Of a DNA stretch of 64,000 nt, positions 59,841-64,000 are shown one piece after another; the first letter of the stretch is position 1, and each line of letters begins with the position of its first letter. The stretch is from an uncultured Clostridia bacterium (lineage in GTDB: Bacteria > Bacillota > Clostridia > DUPQ01). The stretch covers positions 1,918,791 to 1,982,790 of the forward strand of contig CAVXZA010000002.1 of assembly GCA_963766335.1 (NCBI GenBank), in the 5' to 3' direction. A program made the translations under genes and the position numbers. The notes below the pieces were generated by a model that saw nothing but the letters and a program-made list of their open reading frames with translations, had not been told where the DNA came from and ran no database searches.

Positions 59841-60815
59841 TTATCTTATACCTTTAAAGTTTGAGTTAATAATTTCTTCAATTGCATCACGTTCGGGAAT
59901 TAGATGAATGAAGTTTTCGTCATCATGTGTCGGCAGTTTAAAAAATTCTATATTGTTAAGATCCGCTTTCAACACATCAGGGAGATATTTTACGATTTCC
60001 TCAGGTTTAATATTTGTATTAAGGTTATCGAAAATCAAGCCGATTATACTATTGATTTTCGTTGCATAAAACAGCTTGCCTTTCTGCTTAATCAGAGCCT
60101 GTATGAATTCCTGTTGCAAATTGATCCTGTTTATGTCAGAGCCGTTCCAGTAATCCTCCTCAACATCATCATTATTTTGTCTGAATCTTAGGAGTTTTTC
60201 TGCATCCTCACCGTCAAAATGCTGGAGTCCAGGTTCGAAATAGATGTGAAGATCCTGGTACGGGTCATCATAATCCATTAGGGCCGGGACATTGAAATCC
60301 ACCCCTCCAAGCTGGTCTATTATCTCACGGAATGCATTCAGCTTCATAACTGCACCATATTTAATATTACAGCCCAGTTCATTCCCGATATATTCCATTG
60401 TTTTTTCAATATCCAGATCATGGTTCGCATAAACCATGTTCATGATGTCATTCTCTATTCCATCCTTATTCAAATCCGTTGAAGTTATTGTGTCCCTTGG
60501 AATTGACATGATGCTAATTTTATTTTTTATGGTATCGAGGTTAACAAGCATTATAGCATCTGTATTCGCACCTACTTTGTCACGAACCAATATCAATGCA
60601 TTAAACGGATCGGTACCGAAATAATCATCAAATACATCGTCGTTTTCCTCAGGTTGATTTTCAATGGGATCAAGCCCTTTGTTTATAGCTTCTATTTTAT
60701 CTTCCAGCGCTTTGGCTTCGGCAGAATTGATTACCTGTATTAAAACAACCCCTGCCCCGACAAGAAAACAGAATACAATTATTGTGAATGTCATGAAAAA
60801 CTTTTTAACAGCCAT
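59841..60815 (-). CDS. LCP (LytR-CpsA-Psr) family cell-wall glycopolymer transferase
   Basis: N-terminal TM; NTDAIML, MSIPRDT, LGGVDF, LLRFR, SDINRINLQQ. Confidence 0.9.
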   Translation of the reverse strand: MAVKKFFMTFTIIVFCFLVGAGVVLIQVINSAEAKALEDKIEAINKGLDPIENQPEENDDVFDDYFGTDPFNALILVRDKVGANTDAIMLVNLDTIKNKISIMSIPRDTITSTDLNKDGIENDIMNMVYANHDLDIEKTMEYIGNELGCNIKYGAVMKLNAFREIIDQLGGVDFNVPALMDYDDPYQDLHIYFEPGLQHFDGEDAEKLLRFRQNNDDVEEDYWNGSDINRINLQQEFIQALIKQKGKLFYATKINSIIGLIFDNLNTNIKPEEIVKYLPDVLKADLNNIEFFKLPTHDDENFIHLIPERDAIEEIINSNFKGIR

Positions 60816-60953
60816 CTAAACCTCCATACGCATCATAGTCTTTAAACGAAGACATGATGCAAAAAGTTCCTTTAATATATTACATAATGATTCTCTAAAA
60901 GTAAAGGAACAAGAAAATCAAGGGCACGCCACCGAAGTGCCTGCCCTTATGGA

Positions 60954-62372
60954 TTATACTGATTTAAAAAATGCTTCATATGCCTTATAGCACATGATAA
61001 TGTCAACTTTGCTAGCGACTTCATAAGGGGAATGCATCCCAAGCAGAGGCACGCCTATGTCAAGTACATCAATGCCGAGCTTAGCTGCGAATTTTGCAAT
61101 GGTTCCTCCCCCGCCTTCATCAATTTTACCAAGTTCGCCAACCTGCCATACAATGCCTTTTTCATCAAGAAGATTAGTAATTTTATACATAAGTTCAGCG
61201 CTTGCATCACTTGCGCCGCCCTTGCCCCTTGAACCGGTATACTTGGCAATTCCAACACCTTTTCCAAGGAATACAGAATTATTTTTTTCATATACATTTT
61301 TAAATGCAGGATCATAAGCTGCGTTAACATCTCCTGACAGCATTGTTGAGCTGTACATTACCTGTTTAAGACGGACGTCGCCTGCTTTTTCTTCAGTTAA
61401 ATCTAAAAGCATAGCTATGAAATATTCAAGCATATCCGACTGGGCCCCAGTGTTGCCTACGCTTCCAATCTCTTCTTTGTCAGCCAGATAACATAATGTG
61501 GTCTTTTCCCCCATGCCTGCGCTTAGAATCGCCCTGAGAGCCGCATAGGAGCAAACCCTGTCGTCATGGGCATAAGAACCGATCAGGCTTCTGTCAAACC
61601 CAATATCACGCGCCTTAAGCGCCGGTACTACCTGTATTTCGGAATTGATGAAGTCTTTCTCTGTAATGCCATATTCGTTGTTAAGGTACTCGAGCACCTT
61701 TAATTTTACCGTTTGCTTTATATCATCATCTTCAAATGGTATTGAACCTGTCAGTATGTTCAGGCTTTCGCCGGGGAATGCCTCACTAAGCTTTTTCCCA
61801 TTCTGCTCCTTTGCCAAATGAGGAAGAAGGTCGGGTATAATAAAAACGGGATCGCCTGCGTCTTCTCCAATATTGATTTTAACCTCGCTGCCATCTTTTT
61901 TTATCACAGTGCCATGTATGGAAAGTGGTATCGATAGCCATTGGTATTTCCGGATACCTCCGTAATAGTGAGTCTTAAGATATGCCAGTTCCATTTCTTC
62001 ATACAGCGGAATAGGCTTAAGGTCCAGGCGGGGTGAATCTATATGCGTTCCGACCATATTTATTCCCTTTATAATGCTTTCTTTGCCAACTATTGAAATT
62101 ATTATTGATTTTTTCCCCCCGATAGAATACACCTTGTCGCCCGGATGTATCTTCTGACCTGATTCGAAGGCATTCTTCAGCGATATAAAACCAAGCCTGT
62201 CCAGCAACTTAACTGTATTATCTAAAAATTCTCTCTCGGTTTTCGATAAATCAAGGAACTCCTTGTACTCCTCACAGAAAGCATTGGTTTCTTCCATTCC
62301 TTTCTCGCCAAGTGTTTCCCATGCATTTTTTCTCTTGTAAAACAATCCCTCGTACTTGCTTTTTTCAGCCAT
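60954..62372 (-). CDS. M18-family aminopeptidase
   Basis: THIDSPRLDLK, HYYGGIRKYQW, HDDRVC, DKEEIGS, GMHSP. Confidence 0.9.
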   Translation of the reverse strand: MAEKSKYEGLFYKRKNAWETLGEKGMEETNAFCEEYKEFLDLSKTEREFLDNTVKLLDRLGFISLKNAFESGQKIHPGDKVYSIGGKKSIIISIVGKESIIKGINMVGTHIDSPRLDLKPIPLYEEMELAYLKTHYYGGIRKYQWLSIPLSIHGTVIKKDGSEVKINIGEDAGDPVFIIPDLLPHLAKEQNGKKLSEAFPGESLNILTGSIPFEDDDIKQTVKLKVLEYLNNEYGITEKDFINSEIQVVPALKARDIGFDRSLIGSYAHDDRVCSYAALRAILSAGMGEKTTLCYLADKEEIGSVGNTGAQSDMLEYFIAMLLDLTEEKAGDVRLKQVMYSSTMLSGDVNAAYDPAFKNVYEKNNSVFLGKGVGIAKYTGSRGKGGASDASAELMYKITNLLDEKGIVWQVGELGKIDEGGGGTIAKFAAKLGIDVLDIGVPLLGMHSPYEVASKVDIIMCYKAYEAFFKSV

Positions 62373-62385
62373 TTTTCCCTCCATA

Positions 62386-63411
62386 TTAAATAATTACTCC
62401 CCCGCCGGACAATATATTACCATCATAGATGACAGCGGACTGCCCCGGGGTTGCAGCGCGTAATTTATCTTGAGTGGTTATAACAATATTCTCTTTATCC
62501 TCTTCAAGGCCTGTAATGCGCGCTGATGCAGTACTATATCTAATTTTAACATACATATCCGTCGATTTGGGAAGCTTACCATTAATCAGATTAATTTCAG
62601 ATATAGTAATTTTATTCGTGTATAAATCTTTTTCATCCCCGACTGTTATATTCCCGCTGATAGGATTAATTGATATGATATATCCGGGTTTGCCTAATTG
62701 CAGCCCAAGTCCTTTCCGCTGCCCGATAGTATAATTTTGAATACCGAGATGCTTTCCTATTACAGAACCGTCTTTCTGAATAAAATTACCGGTCTTTGAC
62801 TTAGCCCCAAGCTGATTAGCAAGATATGATTTGTAATTCTCAGGCACAAAACATATCTCCCTGCTTTCTTTTGAGTTAGCCGGTAATATTCCTGCATTTT
62901 CGCAAATCCTACGAGCTTCGGACTTTGGAACGCCGTTAAGCGGGAACAGTATTCTTTTAAGTTGCTCTTCTTTCAATACATACAGAAAATAAGTCTGGTC
63001 CCTTGTTTCATCCGATGCCTTAGAAATATAGAAACGACCGGCAATCTCTGTAATTGCAGCATAATGACCCGTAGCAGCATAATCAAAACCCTTATTAAGT
63101 GCATAGTCATAGATAAACCCAAACTTAATGTCCCTGTTGCATCTGATGCAGGGATTTGGTGTTCTTCCGTTTTCATATTCATTTTTAAAATACCGAATAA
63201 CTTTTTCGTTGAATTTTTCAGTTATATCATAATATATATGGGGTATTCCGAGTTTTTCGCAGATAACAGATGCTCTTTCTACCGCATCTGAAGTCACATC
63301 TTTTATCCTGAAGGTATAACCGGTTACATCATAACCTTCTCCCATCAGGATTACCGCGGCTGCACTGCTGTCTATTCCCCCGCTCATTGCGAGAAGGACT
63401 TTCTTCCCCAT
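62386..63411 (-). CDS. mnmA: tRNA 2-thiouridylase MnmA
   Basis: AMSGGIDSS, TPNPCIRCN, ATGHYA, DQTYFL, EICF, YTIGQRKG, TPGQ. Confidence 0.95.
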   Translation of the reverse strand: MGKKVLLAMSGGIDSSAAAVILMGEGYDVTGYTFRIKDVTSDAVERASVICEKLGIPHIYYDITEKFNEKVIRYFKNEYENGRTPNPCIRCNRDIKFGFIYDYALNKGFDYAATGHYAAITEIAGRFYISKASDETRDQTYFLYVLKEEQLKRILFPLNGVPKSEARRICENAGILPANSKESREICFVPENYKSYLANQLGAKSKTGNFIQKDGSVIGKHLGIQNYTIGQRKGLGLQLGKPGYIISINPISGNITVGDEKDLYTNKITISEINLINGKLPKSTDMYVKIRYSTASARITGLEEDKENIVITTQDKLRAATPGQSAVIYDGNILSGGGVII

Positions 63412-63413
63412 TC

Positions 63414-63827
63414 CTAACCCCTGCAGCAATTATCGCATTTGTGATATGCTTCAATGTCAACGCCTTTATCACGGAGATAATTGCATATTGCTTCTTTTAT
63501 AGCTTCTTCAGCAAGTACCGAACAATGCATTTTAACCGCGGGAAGTCCGCCAAGCGCTTCAGCCACTGCTTTATTTGTTAAGTCAAGTGCATCGTCAATA
63601 TGTTTCCCCTTGACTAATTCCGTCGCCATGCTGCTTGTGGCAATCGCAGCCCCGCATCCGAATGTTTTGAATTTAATTTCTTTTATTATGTCATCTTCAA
63701 TTTTCATGAAAATCTTCATGATATCCCCGCATTTTGCATTGCCTACCTGTCCGACGGCATTTGCGCCTTCGACCTCACCTACATTCCTGGGATTTGAAAA
63801 ATGATCCATTACTTTGTCACTGTACAT
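63414..63827 (-). CDS. iscU: Fe-S cluster scaffold IscU/NifU
   Basis: MYSDKVMDHF, CGD, FGCGAAIA, KMHCS. Confidence 0.93.
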   Translation of the reverse strand: MYSDKVMDHFSNPRNVGEVEGANAVGQVGNAKCGDIMKIFMKIEDDIIKEIKFKTFGCGAAIATSSMATELVKGKHIDDALDLTNKAVAEALGGLPAVKMHCSVLAEEAIKEAICNYLRDKGVDIEAYHKCDNCCRG

Positions 63828-63829
63828 AT

Positions 63830-64000
63830 TTATACCTCCGATGGGTTGTTCTTAATAAAATCTTCATATAGCGGGGACATATCCCTCAGTCGCGAAACTA
63901 CCTTTTTGATAGTTTCAACTATATAGTCAATATCTTCCATTTTACTTCCGGTTCCGAAAGAAAGCCTAAGCGAGCCATGGGCTATTTCATGAGGCAGCCC
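63830..64000 (-). CDS. iscS: Cysteine desulfurase IscS/NifS, 3' end (truncated by window edge)
   Basis: Hand translation GLPHEIAHGSLRLSFG...LRDMSPLY...SEV*. Confidence 0.88.
   Translation of the reverse strand, partial: GLPHEIAHGSLRLSFGTGSKMEDIDYIVETIKKVVSRLRDMSPLYEDFIKNNPSEV

Noticed and set aside
60920-60948. GGCACGCCA and GTGCCTG matching the tRNA-Arg ends (possible att remnant)
   Set aside because: Matches are only 9 and 7 bp and are explained by a terminator-like hairpin after the aminopeptidase gene

Overview
Mostly core-genome chromosome from a low-GC Clostridia-like Firmicute. I see no phage, IS or CRISPR. The left part (1-37.1 kb) is almost all + strand: WG-repeat lipoprotein, recJ-rel-dtd, two amidases, rph-rdgB-mntP, nadK-argR-recN, a sugar block ending in a decayed GH39-like pseudogene, two minus-strand tRNAs, a desulfurase-thiI pair, rplS-lepB-rbgA-lepB-rnhB, a frameshifted aminotransferase, purB, GntR and a GGDEF/EAL gene. 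The right part is mainly - strand: mgtE, mutS2, DUF5685/J-domain genes, pgsA, pfkA, mtrB, dnaE, cysK, a corrinoid activator, LCP, aminopeptidase and mnmA-iscU-iscS, with + strand gltX-glnS-xer. The best candidate for an undescribed system is the mgtE 5' leader. It has no M-box riboswitch. Instead it holds a 15-aa uORF (MEVPLPKRRNKNKVD, resembling enterobacterial MgtL) and two mutually exclusive hairpins, one containing the uORF stop codon and one burying the mgtE Shine-Dalgarno (SD). This suggests ribosome-mediated, Mg2+-responsive translational attenuation. Other signals are an apparently leaderless dnaE, tandem ARG boxes, a dif-like 11-6-11 site over the rplS promoter and a 33-bp palindrome after the Xer gene. 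All calls come from reading motifs by eye; no searches or folding programs were run.
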